The position numbers were made by a program, and so were the translations under genes. The notes below the pieces were generated by a model. It saw only the letters and a list, made by a program, of their open reading frames with translations, was not told the origin of the DNA and did not search any database. Shown piece by piece: positions 20,489 through 30,578 of a stretch of 64,000 nt of DNA. Origin of the DNA: Desulfobacterales bacterium (GTDB taxonomy: Bacteria; Desulfobacterota; Desulfobacteria; Desulfobacterales; UBA2174); the NCBI GenBank assembly GCA_963668645.2, contig CAXXWC010000017.1:1-64000 (forward strand), read 5' to 3'. Position 1 is the stretch's first letter. Every line of letters starts with the position of its first letter.

Positions 20489-21082
20489 TCAACGACTGTT
20501 GATCGCCAGTCCCCTGGGCCGGGCGAACGCCATGATGCGCGCCGGATCGAATTCCCCAGCCAGGTAGAAGCTGCGGAAGGCATTGTCGTCGAGCAATTCC
20601 AGGACATAACTCACCGGGCCGCAGTAGCCGTTGCGATCGAGGTGCTGGAGTTCGGCGACCGCGTCCCGGGCCAGCTCCACGCTCCGGCGGTGGACCGTAG
20701 GCCCTTGACCCGTGCAAGGGTGCAGAGAGTAGAGCTGGCGGCAGGAGAAGGGACGCCAGGCGTAGATGGCACAGCTGTCGTTTTTTTGCAGAAACGGACA
20801 GCGCAGAAATCCGCCCTCGCGGCGGCGCAGCCGATCGCGCACCAGGGCTTTTTCAAAGGCGGTGCGCCGGGCCTTGGGCAGGCTGTGCAAATAGCCCCGG
20901 ATCGACATGCCTTCCATGGTGGTGGCGTCCACCCGGCCCACCTCGATGCAGCATGCGGCGCAACCGACGCGGCATACGGCCCCGGCCCTGAAGGGGGCCG
21001 CCGCGGCATCAAAGCGCTCGTAGACCGCCGCCAGCTGCCCGCGCATGGTTGCGATTGCCGACCTTTCCCCATCGACTGCCAT
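20489..21082 (-). CDS. YkgJ-family (CxxCxxCC-type) cysteine cluster protein
   Basis: CRVGCAACC, CPFL, CAIYAWRPFSCR; GGAGG RBS. Confidence 0.85.
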   Translation of the reverse strand: MAVDGERSAIATMRGQLAAVYERFDAAAAPFRAGAVCRVGCAACCIEVGRVDATTMEGMSIRGYLHSLPKARRTAFEKALVRDRLRRREGGFLRCPFLQKNDSCAIYAWRPFSCRQLYSLHPCTGQGPTVHRRSVELARDAVAELQHLDRNGYCGPVSYVLELLDDNAFRSFYLAGEFDPARIMAFARPRGLAINSR

Positions 21083-21285
21083 GGCTCCTCCTGTCTTGCG
21101 CCGTCCGGTGGCGCCCCGCGGGCGTCTTTGAACATCCAACCAACAGATTGCTGTGCGAAGGCCAACATGAAGCGTTATTGCTTGCGAATCGGTCGCGACG
21201 GCGCTGATGCTTTTCGGTGGTGTGGGCGGTTTTCTTCTTGCCCGTCCGCCAGGCCGAGGCGTCCGCGCCGTTTGGAAGGCGCCGA

Positions 21286-23583
21286 TCAGTTCGCCGGCGG
21301 AACCTGATCGGCGAAATGCCAGGCATCGACGACGGTCTGAACCGCCGCCACGCTGGGCGAGGCGAGCAATTGCACGGCGTAGCGTTCGGCGTCAGCAAGG
21401 ACCAGCCCGGCAAAGAGCCCCTGGAGAATCGGCAGGTAACGCGGGTCGACGGAAAAACGCCGCAGTCCGATGCCGAGCAGAAAGGGGGCGAAAGCAGGAT
21501 CGTGGCCCATCTCGCCGCAGACCGTCACGTCGATTTCGGCCGCCCGGGCCGCTGCCACCACCCGCTGCAAAGCGCGCAGCACCGACGGGTGCCCGGGCCG
21601 GTAATAGGCGGCGACGCGTTCGTTGTTGCGGTCCACGCCCAACAGGTACTGGATGAAATCGTTGGTGCCGATGGAGAAAAAATCAGCGGCGGCGGCCATT
21701 TCGGCGATGATTTCCACCATGGCCGGCGTCTCGACCATGACGCCCAGCAAGGGGCGCTTTGCCGGCGCCAGATCCTGGTTCGCCAGTTCGATCATGGCCG
21801 CGTCCACCATGCGCCGGGCCTGGGTGAAATCGTCCAGCGAGCTGATCATGGGAAAGAGGATCCTTACCCGGTCGGTCCCCCGTGCGGCCCGCAGGATGGC
21901 CCGCAACTGCAGGGAAAAAATGTCCGGGTGGTGAAAAGAAAAGCGGATGGCCCGCAGGCCGAGTTCGGGATTGGCCTCGGGTGCAGCCTCGAGGTATGGC
22001 AGGTGTTTTTCGCCGCCCACGTCCAGGGTGCGGAAGGTGACCTCGCCGCTGGGCAAGGCCTCGACGATCCGGCGATAGACATTGTACTGCTCTTCTTCGG
22101 AGGGAAAGGTGGTGCGTACCAGAAAAGGGAACTCGGTGCGGTAGAGGCCGATCCCCTCGGCTTTGAGGTCCTGGGCCAGGGAGACTTCACTCAGCAGGTT
22201 GATGTTGGCCAGAAGATGGACCCGGACCCCGTCGCCCGTCTCGGTGCGTTCGCGCATGGCCGGGGCCTGCGCGATGGTTTCGTTGCGGGCGGCGTTGCGC
22301 GCTTCAAACCGGAGTACGGTTTCCTGGGACGGGCGCACGAAAACCGACCCCATGTCCGCGTCCAGCAGGATCGGGGTGCCGTCGGGAACTTTCAGCAGTT
22401 CGGGCCGCTCGGCGATCACCAGGGGCAGATGCAGCGAGCGGGCCAGGATCGACACATGGGACGTCAGCCCGCCGCTGACCAGCACGATTCCGGCCACGTT
22501 TTCCGAGGCCAGCTTGAGCACGTCCGAGGGGAAGAGCTCCGGGGCGATGACGATGCGCCCTTCGGCCAGGCCGCTGTGCTCGGCCGGCTCCTTGTGGAGG
22601 TTGTGGAGCAGGCGGCGGGCCAGATCCTCGATGTCCTGGGCCTTTTCACGCAGATAGGCGCTGGGGCTTTCATCGAAGCGGCGCATAAATTGGCCGGCCA
22701 CCTGGCGGATGGCTTCGGCCGCCGCCCCCCCCTGGCGCACCTTCTTGACCATGGCGCCTAGAAAGCGCTGGTCCTTGAGGATCATGAAGTGGGCTTCGAA
22801 GATCAAGGATGCGCTTTCGGGCAGCCGTTCGGCCAGGCCCTGCTGGAGTGCCCGCAGCTGGCTGATGGTGCGGCGCACCGCTGTCTGGAGACCGGCCAGG
22901 GTGTTGTCCAGATCGGGGCTGCCGGCTTCAAATTCAGCCAGATCGTGGTGGCGGCCCAGGACGATGGACTGGGCCAGGGCGTAGCCGGCCGCGGCCCCGT
23001 CCCCCTTGACGAAGTGCAGGCGCTTGATCAGGTCTTCGGCTTCCGTCGGGGACTGGAGCCGGTCGAAATGAATGATGAGCCGGGCGTTTTCGATGGCCCC
23101 GGCCAGTTGGGCGGCAATGGCTCGCAAGGCCATGACGTCGATTTCGTCGAAATAGTCCGAAGCCTCGTGTTGGACCACCAGCACCCCGATCTTTTCCGGA
23201 CCGCGTACGATGGGTACGGACAGAAAAGATTCGAAACGATCCTCGTGGGCCTTCTCGAAATACTTGAAATTGGGATTGCGGCTGGCCCGGCCTTCGCGGA
23301 TGGCATGGCCCTGCTGCAAGGTGGCGCCCACCAGCCCTTCTCCCGGGCGCATCTTGACCTGCCCCACCGCTTCGGGGTTGAGGCCGACGGTGGCGCTGAG
23401 CACCAATTGCTGGGCCGCCTCATCCCAAAGATAGATGGAGCCGACATCCGCGGCCAAGTGGCAGGCGACCAGATTGACGGCTTGCTGGAGAAAACTTTGG
23501 ATGTCCGAGCTGTCGATGATCAACCCGGCCAGGTCGCCGATGTCGCAAAGCAGGTTGAGATGCTGACGGTGTTTCGGGCTCAT
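21286..23583 (-). CDS. ptsP: GAF-containing PEP-protein phosphotransferase (Enzyme I-Ntr)
   Basis: N-terminal GAF; TSHVSILAR phospho-His, GIGLYRTEF, NPELGLRAIR, SIGTNDFIQY, CGEM. Confidence 0.92.
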   Translation of the reverse strand: MSPKHRQHLNLLCDIGDLAGLIIDSSDIQSFLQQAVNLVACHLAADVGSIYLWDEAAQQLVLSATVGLNPEAVGQVKMRPGEGLVGATLQQGHAIREGRASRNPNFKYFEKAHEDRFESFLSVPIVRGPEKIGVLVVQHEASDYFDEIDVMALRAIAAQLAGAIENARLIIHFDRLQSPTEAEDLIKRLHFVKGDGAAAGYALAQSIVLGRHHDLAEFEAGSPDLDNTLAGLQTAVRRTISQLRALQQGLAERLPESASLIFEAHFMILKDQRFLGAMVKKVRQGGAAAEAIRQVAGQFMRRFDESPSAYLREKAQDIEDLARRLLHNLHKEPAEHSGLAEGRIVIAPELFPSDVLKLASENVAGIVLVSGGLTSHVSILARSLHLPLVIAERPELLKVPDGTPILLDADMGSVFVRPSQETVLRFEARNAARNETIAQAPAMRERTETGDGVRVHLLANINLLSEVSLAQDLKAEGIGLYRTEFPFLVRTTFPSEEEQYNVYRRIVEALPSGEVTFRTLDVGGEKHLPYLEAAPEANPELGLRAIRFSFHHPDIFSLQLRAILRAARGTDRVRILFPMISSLDDFTQARRMVDAAMIELANQDLAPAKRPLLGVMVETPAMVEIIAEMAAAADFFSIGTNDFIQYLLGVDRNNERVAAYYRPGHPSVLRALQRVVAAARAAEIDVTVCGEMGHDPAFAPFLLGIGLRRFSVDPRYLPILQGLFAGLVLADAERYAVQLLASPSVAAVQTVVDAWHFADQVPPAN

Positions 23584-24929
23584 AGAGTGTACTTGATATC
23601 CGACACATGGGTCGGGTAGGCCCATAGAACCCGTTTCAGGTCCATGGTGGTTAGCCCGGCCTTCATGGCCAGAGCGAAGATGTTGATGGCCTCATCGGCG
23701 TTGTGCCCGAGAAGGTGGGCACCCAAAATTTTCTTGGTGTCTTCGTCCACGATAACTTTGTAGCCGGCATGGCGCTGGCCGATGCGTCGCGATGAAGGCC
23801 AGTGAGTGGGGTCTCCAGTGTTGACTCGCACGCGGTACCCGTCGGTGTTTGCCTGGGCCTCGCTTAAGCCCACGGCCGCCAGGGGCGGGAGGGTGAAAAC
23901 CACGCTGGGCACGTTCGTATAGTCGACCGGCGCGGGCTGGGCGCCCAGGATGTGGGCCGCGGCTGTTTCGGCCTGCATGTCGGCCGTGGGTGCCAGGCGC
24001 AAAGGGGTTCCGGCCGCATCGCCGACGGCGTAGACGCGCGGATTGGAGACGCTTTGCATAAAGGCGCCGACCGTCACGCCCCGGGTGGTGGTTTCCACTT
24101 GGCCGGCCGCACAATCCAGAGGCTCGATGTCCGGGATCCGGCCGGCTCCGTGGATCACCAGATCGGCCGTCTCCTCGATTTTGCCGTCTTTGCCTGCATT
24201 GACGGTGAAAGCACCGTTGACGGCGGTTACCGCCTGTACCGGGGCTTTGGTGAGGATACGGATCCCTGCCGCTTCGGAGGCGGTCTCAAGTTGCCGGACC
24301 AGGTCCGGATCAAAGGGTTGCAGGATCCGGCTTCCGCTGTGCAGTACCGTGACCCGGGCGCCGGCCCGGGCCGCGACATGGGCAAATTCCATGGAGATGT
24401 ATCCCCCGCCGATAAAGGCGATGTGCTGCGGGAGGTGCGCCAGGGACAAAAAGGCACTGCTGTCAAGAACGTGCTTTTCACCGGGAATTTTCAGGGGGGC
24501 TGGCACCGCGCCTGTGGCGATGACGATATGGTCCGCCCTCAAACGGTCGCCCCGGTCGGTGACGATGGTGTCCGGCGCTGCGAAGCGGGCCAGTCCGTCA
24601 TAGGTGGCGATGCCCGCCTCCCGAAAGCCGGTCCGCGTGCGTTCGGGGACAGGATCGGTAAAGGCTTGCTGGGATCGGATCAGGGCCGGCCAGTCGATGG
24701 CCGCCGTGCCGGCGACGCCGATTCCGGCCATGGCCCGGACTCGCTCTACCGCAGCAGCGGCGGACGTCAGGTATTTTTTTGGCTGGCATCCGCGCATGGC
24801 GCAGGTGCCGCCATAGGCTTGCCGGTCGACGACCGCCACGCTTTTGCCCGCCCTGCTGCAGGCATAGGCCAAGGTGTAGCCGGCCGTGCCGGTGCCGATC
24901 ACCACAGCGTCATAAACGGTTTGTGTCAC
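23580..24929 (-). CDS. Pyridine nucleotide-disulfide oxidoreductase (glutathione reductase/dihydrolipoyl dehydrogenase family)
   Basis: VIGTGTAG, GGTCAMRGCQP, IGGGYI, AYPT. Confidence 0.9.
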   Translation of the reverse strand: MTQTVYDAVVIGTGTAGYTLAYACSRAGKSVAVVDRQAYGGTCAMRGCQPKKYLTSAAAAVERVRAMAGIGVAGTAAIDWPALIRSQQAFTDPVPERTRTGFREAGIATYDGLARFAAPDTIVTDRGDRLRADHIVIATGAVPAPLKIPGEKHVLDSSAFLSLAHLPQHIAFIGGGYISMEFAHVAARAGARVTVLHSGSRILQPFDPDLVRQLETASEAAGIRILTKAPVQAVTAVNGAFTVNAGKDGKIEETADLVIHGAGRIPDIEPLDCAAGQVETTTRGVTVGAFMQSVSNPRVYAVGDAAGTPLRLAPTADMQAETAAAHILGAQPAPVDYTNVPSVVFTLPPLAAVGLSEAQANTDGYRVRVNTGDPTHWPSSRRIGQRHAGYKVIVDEDTKKILGAHLLGHNADEAINIFALAMKAGLTTMDLKRVLWAYPTHVSDIKYTL

Positions 24930-24957
24930 GATGCATCCCTTTCCGGCAAAATCCGGT

Positions 24958-25641
24958 TTACCTGAGATCGCCCTGTGTCCCGTTTCCCAAAATCCAGTCG
25001 GCAAAGGCGGCAAAGTTTTCGAAGACCGCATCCGGGCCGGCGGTCATCAGGCTTTCGCGGTCCAAGGCGTCCCAGAGGGCCGCTGCGGATCGCACCGGGT
25101 AACGGCAGGCTCTGGCGGCCAGGATGTCGTTGGCGTTGTCGCCGATATAGACACCGCCGGCTTGGGGAGCCCCTCCGGCCTCCAGCGCCAATATAAGTCC
25201 GTCCGGGGCCGGCTTGGGGTGGGCCACCTGGTCGCCCCAGAAGATGAAGTCCAGTTTGCTGGCCAGGGGCAGTTCCAGCACCGGCCGGCTGCGGCTGGTG
25301 GGCCGGGTGGTGACCACGCCTACCTTGAATCCGGCCCCGTGCAGACGGTCGATGGATTCGGGCACCGTATCGTAGATCCGGCAAAGGCGGTTGTGTTCAC
25401 GGTTGTAGTAGACTTCAAAGGCGGCGTACATTTCATCCACGGCGCTTTGCGGGGCCCCGGCGCGGGCCGCGAAATGGGCAAAAAAATTGCGTGCCAACTG
25501 GCCCCAGAAGGGGCGCAAATCGTCCGGGGTGGCTTCGAGGCCTAAACATTCACGCACCACGGCCGGTACGCCTTGGAAGTAGAGGGGACTGGAATCGATC
25601 AAGGTTCCGTCCAGATCGCACATGACGAGGGGCAAAGGCAT
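24958..25641 (-). CDS. HAD-family hydrolase
   Basis: DLDGTLIDS, KPAPD, YIGD. Confidence 0.88.
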   Translation of the reverse strand: MPLPLVMCDLDGTLIDSSPLYFQGVPAVVRECLGLEATPDDLRPFWGQLARNFFAHFAARAGAPQSAVDEMYAAFEVYYNREHNRLCRIYDTVPESIDRLHGAGFKVGVVTTRPTSRSRPVLELPLASKLDFIFWGDQVAHPKPAPDGLILALEAGGAPQAGGVYIGDNANDILAARACRYPVRSAAALWDALDRESLMTAGPDAVFENFAAFADWILGNGTQGDLR

Positions 25642-25660
25642 TGGAAAATTCCAGCGATTA

Positions 25661-26503
25661 TCATAAAACGCGTTCGGCCGCAGCCAAGCGCCCTTCCAGG
25701 TCGGTCAGGGCCTCGTTGCAGGAGGCATCCGTTTCAAGTTCACCGAAAATGACATTATAAGCGCCATCCAGGGTTCTGTCACCCCGATCGGGCCTGCGCA
25801 TCCTGTCCGCGAAAAAGTCGTGGCACAGGTGCCCGCTTCGGTGCCGGTGGGGCCAGTCGATTTTGATGCGCAGCAGATCTGCCAGGGCCTTGCATCGGAC
25901 CGGATCTTGACCGACGGCCGCCGGATCGAGGGGGCGGGCCAGACGATCCTCCAGGACCCCGAGCAGGGCGGCCACCAGGTGCCGCTCGGTGGCGATGAGG
26001 CCGAAAGTGTACCAGTCCTGCAAGACGATCCGCAGCACCTGTTTGTAGCGGGCCTCGAGCTTGCGGGTGGCCGGGCAGAAGTAAACCCGGCAGGCCATGC
26101 CCCCATAATGGCTCAATCCGCGCCAGTCCACCCCGGCATTGCCCTCGGCCAGCGGATGGAGCAGGCAGCCGGCCCGGGTGCGGCCATCGCCGATCAGCCC
26201 GAGATACGGGCAATGGTGAAAATCCGGATGCGGCCGCTGCCGGCACTCCTCGGCTTCGGTCTGGCGCGCGAAGTCCAAGATGGCGTCCATCTCCCGCGGC
26301 AGGCGGGCGAAGCGGGCCGTTCGCCCGGCCAGCATGGCTTCCAGGGCCGGCCGGGACGGGTCGGCCACGTTGTAGAGGCCGCAGCAGGCCCCGCAGGAGA
26401 CCGTTTCGCTGACCTGGCAAAGATATACCCCGCCGGGGACCGCCTCGGTCGCCTCGGCCGGATTGCCGTTCCGTTGTGTTCCCGCCGCTAAACAAACACT
26501 CAT
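25661..26503 (-). CDS. Cys-rich hypothetical protein (possible Fe-S/Zn cluster)
   Basis: SCGACCGLYN, HCPYLG, GCLLHP, ACRVYFCP; start uncertain. Confidence 0.7.
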   Translation of the reverse strand: MSVCLAAGTQRNGNPAEATEAVPGGVYLCQVSETVSCGACCGLYNVADPSRPALEAMLAGRTARFARLPREMDAILDFARQTEAEECRQRPHPDFHHCPYLGLIGDGRTRAGCLLHPLAEGNAGVDWRGLSHYGGMACRVYFCPATRKLEARYKQVLRIVLQDWYTFGLIATERHLVAALLGVLEDRLARPLDPAAVGQDPVRCKALADLLRIKIDWPHRHRSGHLCHDFFADRMRRPDRGDRTLDGAYNVIFGELETDASCNEALTDLEGRLAAAERVL

Positions 26504-26589
26504 CAAACCCACATCGATTCTAAAAAAATGTTCGCCAAAAATTCGTATCAGCCTCTCAATCGCCCGACTACCTTAACCCTTTGGCGCCG

Positions 26590-28383
26590 ATGCTCGCAAA
26601 TCGAATTTTCCGGCTGCCGCCTCCGGCCGCACCCTTTTTAGGCCAGGGCCTTCTGTGGCGGGCCATGGAATGGTCGCTGGGGCTGGACCGCTGCGAACGG
26701 CTTTACCGGTCTCTGGCAGGAGAACCGGATCCGGACTGTTTTCTCCAGGCCCTGTTCGACCGGATGGCCATCACGGTGCGGATCTGCGAAAAAGACCTGT
26801 CGCAGATCCCGGCCCGGGGACCGGTGGTGGTGACGGCCAACCATCCCTTCGGTGCGCTGGAAGGGGTGGTGCTGGCAGGCCTGCTGCGGCGCGTGCGGCC
26901 CGATATGCGCGTCATGGCCAACTATCTTCTGGCCGGGATTCCGCAACTGGCGCCGCTGCTGATTGCGGTGGACCCTTTCGAGGGCACCGGTGCCGTGCGC
27001 GCCAACATCGGGCCCCTGCGGGCCGCCATCCGCTGGGTGCAATCCGGCGGGCTGCTGCTGGTCTTTCCCGCTGGCACGGTATCGCACCTGCAGCTCGACC
27101 GGGGCCAGGTGGCCGATCCGCCCTGGAACCGCGCCGTGGCGCGCATCGTGCGCAGCGCCCGGGCCCCGGTGGTGCCTGTTTTGATCGAGGGGCACAACCG
27201 TGCTTTTTTCCAGCTGGCCGGTCTGATCCACCCCCGCCTGCGCACCGCCATGCTCCCCAGGGAGCTGATCAACAAACAGGGGGCCTGCATTCCGGTCAGG
27301 ATCGGCAGGCCCATTCCGATCCGGCGCTTGGAGCGCTTCGACAGTGATGGGCGGATGACCGACTACCTGCGCTGGCGCACCTACCTGCTCGAACACTGCC
27401 ATCGGCGGCCGAACCTGTTCCAACGAATCGGCGGCCGTTTACCCCGGCGGCAGCGGCGCATCGCCGCGCCGGTATCGGCGGTCCGCTGCCGCCGGGACGT
27501 GGAGTCCCTGCCGCCGCAGCAGATTCTGGCCCGTAGCGGTGAAAACACGGTATACGCCGCCGAGGCCGACCAGATCCCGCATCTGCTGCTGGAGATCGGC
27601 CGGCTGCGCGAGTTGACCTTCCGCGAGGTGGGCGAGGGGACCGGCCAGCCGCGCGATCTCGACGGGTTCGACGCCCATTACCTGCATCTGTTCATCTGGA
27701 ACCGGAATGCCGGCCATGTCATCGGGGCCTACCGCATCGGCCGCACCGACCGGATCCTGGCCGAACACGGCCTGGATGGCCTTTACACCCATACCCTCTT
27801 TCGCCAGAGCGCGCTGTTGCACGCCCGTCTCGGACCGGCCCTGGAGCTGGGGCGTTCCTTCGTGCTGCCCGACTACCAGAAGGCTTACGCCCCGCTGCTG
27901 CTTCTCTGGAAAGGGATCGGGACCTATATCGCCACCCGGCCCCGCTACCGCCACCTCTTCGGGCCGGTGAGCATCAGCCGCGACTACAGCGACCTGTCGC
28001 GCCGGCTGATCGCCACGACCCTGATGCACCATCGCCAGGCCGGGGATCTGGCCGCTCTGGTCAGACCCCGCACGCCGCTGCGGCCCCGGCCGGTGCAGGT
28101 CCGCGGCTGCCCGGCCCACTGGCCCGCCGATTTTTGCCGCGACATCGAGGAGGTTTCTGCCCTGGTCGCCGACATCGAACTGGCCCACCGGGGTGTGCCG
28201 GTGCTGCTGCGCCACTATCTCAACCTCGGCGGCCGACTGCTGGCCTTCAACCTCGACCGGCGCTTCGGCAATGTGCTGGACGGGCTGATCCTGGTCGATC
28301 TTTGCGACACTTCTCTGCGGACCCTTGAGCGCTATCTGGGAAAGGAAGATGCCCGCGATTTCCTGGCGTTTCACCGCCTTTGA
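26590..28383 (+). CDS. Bifunctional PlsC-type acyltransferase + GNAT N-acyltransferase (OlsF-like ornithine lipid synthase)
   Basis: NHPFG and FPAG acyltransferase motifs followed by EIGRLRE...F, GAYR, ELGRSF, LLWKGI, GPVSIS. Confidence 0.82.
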   Translation: MLANRIFRLPPPAAPFLGQGLLWRAMEWSLGLDRCERLYRSLAGEPDPDCFLQALFDRMAITVRICEKDLSQIPARGPVVVTANHPFGALEGVVLAGLLRRVRPDMRVMANYLLAGIPQLAPLLIAVDPFEGTGAVRANIGPLRAAIRWVQSGGLLLVFPAGTVSHLQLDRGQVADPPWNRAVARIVRSARAPVVPVLIEGHNRAFFQLAGLIHPRLRTAMLPRELINKQGACIPVRIGRPIPIRRLERFDSDGRMTDYLRWRTYLLEHCHRRPNLFQRIGGRLPRRQRRIAAPVSAVRCRRDVESLPPQQILARSGENTVYAAEADQIPHLLLEIGRLRELTFREVGEGTGQPRDLDGFDAHYLHLFIWNRNAGHVIGAYRIGRTDRILAEHGLDGLYTHTLFRQSALLHARLGPALELGRSFVLPDYQKAYAPLLLLWKGIGTYIATRPRYRHLFGPVSISRDYSDLSRRLIATTLMHHRQAGDLAALVRPRTPLRPRPVQVRGCPAHWPADFCRDIEEVSALVADIELAHRGVPVLLRHYLNLGGRLLAFNLDRRFGNVLDGLILVDLCDTSLRTLERYLGKEDARDFLAFHRL

Positions 28384-28533
28384 CGCCGCCACCCAGGCCG
28401 GCTGAAGATTTCCTGCATACAACGGCGTCTCCTCGGTTCGAATTCCCGCCTGATCGGAGAATGGACAAATCGGGTTGGATCAGGTATCCGGTATCTGTTC
28501 GCATTGCCCTTCCTCCTACCTTGATCGCCGTTT

Positions 28534-29808
28534 ATGCCAAGAGACGACTTCAACGGCCTTATTCGGGAAGATCTTTCGGCCAACGCGCTGCACGCGGCGC
28601 TGGTGCGCTGCTGGCACTATCTGAGATCGGACCGTGCCATCTTTTCAAACGCCGAGGCGGAGGCTGACCGCGATTCCGATGCCTATGGTCGGCTGAAGGA
28701 CCGCATCCAAAAGGCTTTGCTCCCTTGGACAAAGATCCACATCGAAAATAGGGATTGGCCCCCGCTGGCCACCCTCGAAGTGCTCGACCGGTTTCTTTTC
28801 GAGCGCTTTGATGCCTGTCACGGTCTGGCCCCGCCGGCGATGGTACCGATAGCCGGGACTCCGGGCTATTACGTGGCCAGGCGCCAGATCGCCTTCAGCG
28901 AGCCGCCGCGGCATGCCGCCCAGACCGGGCATCTTTACGCCCGGCTGCGATGGCACTGGATCGCTCCCACCGCCATCGGCGGATTCCAGATCCGGGTGGC
29001 TTCCCTGAGGGCGCCGTCCCGGATAGTCCTGGCCGATCGCCTGTCAAGGGGCCGGGTACGGGTATTTACGGCCGCCTTTGCGGACAACGTGGTTCTGGAT
29101 ATCGATCATCCCGGCCCCAATACTTTTCTGGCCGTTGGGCTGAAAGACCCGGAGGCAAGGTGGCAAAGTATCTCGGCGGCTTTGGAAGAAGCGTTGCGCA
29201 TGCGGGCCGACGTCCTTGTGCTGCCGGAGTTGACCGTGAGTCCTGAATTGCGCCTCCGGGTGGCCGACTGGCTCGAAGAAAACGTGGACCACCCCTTCGC
29301 CCTGGTGGTGCCCGGCAGCTTCCATCAACGGCGCGGTTCGCGCGTCTTCAACCGCGCCGAGATGATGGGCGCTTTCGGCGGGGTCGTTCTCTGGCATCAT
29401 AAACTGACCCGTTTCGGGGACCGGGATATGAGCGAGGGCATCGCACCGGGAGATGCCATTGAGCTGCTCAATACCCCCATAGGCCTGGTGGCCATGCCGA
29501 TCTGCCGTGATTTTTGCGACGAGGATGCCTTTTTCGCGAATTTCTGGCAGGAACTGGCCCCGGACTGGATCCTGATTCCGGCCATGGGGGAAGCGGCCAG
29601 CATCAGCGCCCACGGCCGCCGCAGCGCGCAGTTGCGCCGGGCCGGCACAGCCTGCGCCGTTGCCAATCAGCCCCAGGCGGCCAAGGGCTGCACCTGCAAG
29701 GGGTCCTGCCAATGCCATGGCTTTGTATCCGCCATCGGTGCCGTCCACCAGGCGGTGGAAGAAAAATGCCGGACCTGTGCCAGGATTCCGGTAAAAACCA
29801 GGATGTAA
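28534..29808 (+). CDS. Nitrilase / carbon-nitrogen hydrolase fold protein with N-terminal extension
   Basis: Glu-Lys-Cys triad motifs VLVLPEL, HHKL and PICRDF; Cys-rich C-terminus. Confidence 0.78.
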   Translation: MPRDDFNGLIREDLSANALHAALVRCWHYLRSDRAIFSNAEAEADRDSDAYGRLKDRIQKALLPWTKIHIENRDWPPLATLEVLDRFLFERFDACHGLAPPAMVPIAGTPGYYVARRQIAFSEPPRHAAQTGHLYARLRWHWIAPTAIGGFQIRVASLRAPSRIVLADRLSRGRVRVFTAAFADNVVLDIDHPGPNTFLAVGLKDPEARWQSISAALEEALRMRADVLVLPELTVSPELRLRVADWLEENVDHPFALVVPGSFHQRRGSRVFNRAEMMGAFGGVVLWHHKLTRFGDRDMSEGIAPGDAIELLNTPIGLVAMPICRDFCDEDAFFANFWQELAPDWILIPAMGEAASISAHGRRSAQLRRAGTACAVANQPQAAKGCTCKGSCQCHGFVSAIGAVHQAVEEKCRTCARIPVKTRM

Positions 29809-29825
29809 AATTAAATGAAGTATTC

Positions 29826-29854
29826 TTGTAAAACGTTTTATTATGTTTTATATT
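29826..29854 (+). promoter_or_regulatory. Sigma70-type promoter with overlapping palindrome upstream of the wHTH and NACHT genes
   Basis: TTGTAA, 17-bp spacer, TATATT in an AT-rich gap; perfect palindrome TAAAACGTTTTA at 29829-29840. Confidence 0.55.
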
Positions 29855-29954
29855 GTTGTTCCCATTGAGAATCCTGAAGGGTGGGTCGGGCCTGCCCGGG
29901 CGGGAAGCCGCCGACATCGAAAACAAGCCACCTCTATATGTAAGGCCATTTGTC

Positions 29955-30578
29955 ATGTCTGCCATCGATCTTGAAAGCGCTGTGCCGGAAATCCTGGCCG
30001 AAACCGCCTCCCTGGACGACCTGCTGGCGGCGGTCAAGGGCGTCGAGACCTGGGACGACCGCAAGGCGCAAATCCTGGACCACGTTTACCGCTATCGCAC
30101 CGATAAATTGCTGCGGGCCGCGGATGCCGAAAACGGGATCCCGGAACTGATCGGCCACCTCGACCGGGTCGCCCATCCACGCCGTGCCGCGGCCCTTGAC
30201 GGGCTGGAAAAACCGTACGCCAGCCGATGGCGCACGTACATCGATCTTTTGGATGCCCGCCTGCACGCCTTGCAGAGTCCCGCGCCGGCCATGGTAAGGC
30301 GCCGCGCCCACGTGGAAGAGATCCTTGAACTGGTGGTGGGCGGGGCTGTAGCCAACCGCAAGGAATTGAGGCAAAAGACCGGCCTGGGTGAGGCCAACCT
30401 TACCCGGCTGTTAAACCTGATGGCTGCCAACGAACTTATCGTGCTGTCGGCCGCCGGCCGCGAAAAGCGGATCATGCCGGGACCCGCTATCGCGGCCGCC
30501 GCCAAGGCGCCCGGCCCCACCACCGATCCGCCCGTGGAGAGGGGCCTGAGCTACATGCAAACGAGGCAAGCGGCATGA
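29955..30578 (+). CDS. Protein with C-terminal winged-helix (MarR-like) DNA-binding domain
   Basis: ELRQKTGLGEANLTRLLNLM...GREKRI; stop overlaps the next start (ATGA); start uncertain. Confidence 0.7.
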   Translation: MSAIDLESAVPEILAETASLDDLLAAVKGVETWDDRKAQILDHVYRYRTDKLLRAADAENGIPELIGHLDRVAHPRRAAALDGLEKPYASRWRTYIDLLDARLHALQSPAPAMVRRRAHVEEILELVVGGAVANRKELRQKTGLGEANLTRLLNLMAANELIVLSAAGREKRIMPGPAIAAAAKAPGPTTDPPVERGLSYMQTRQAA

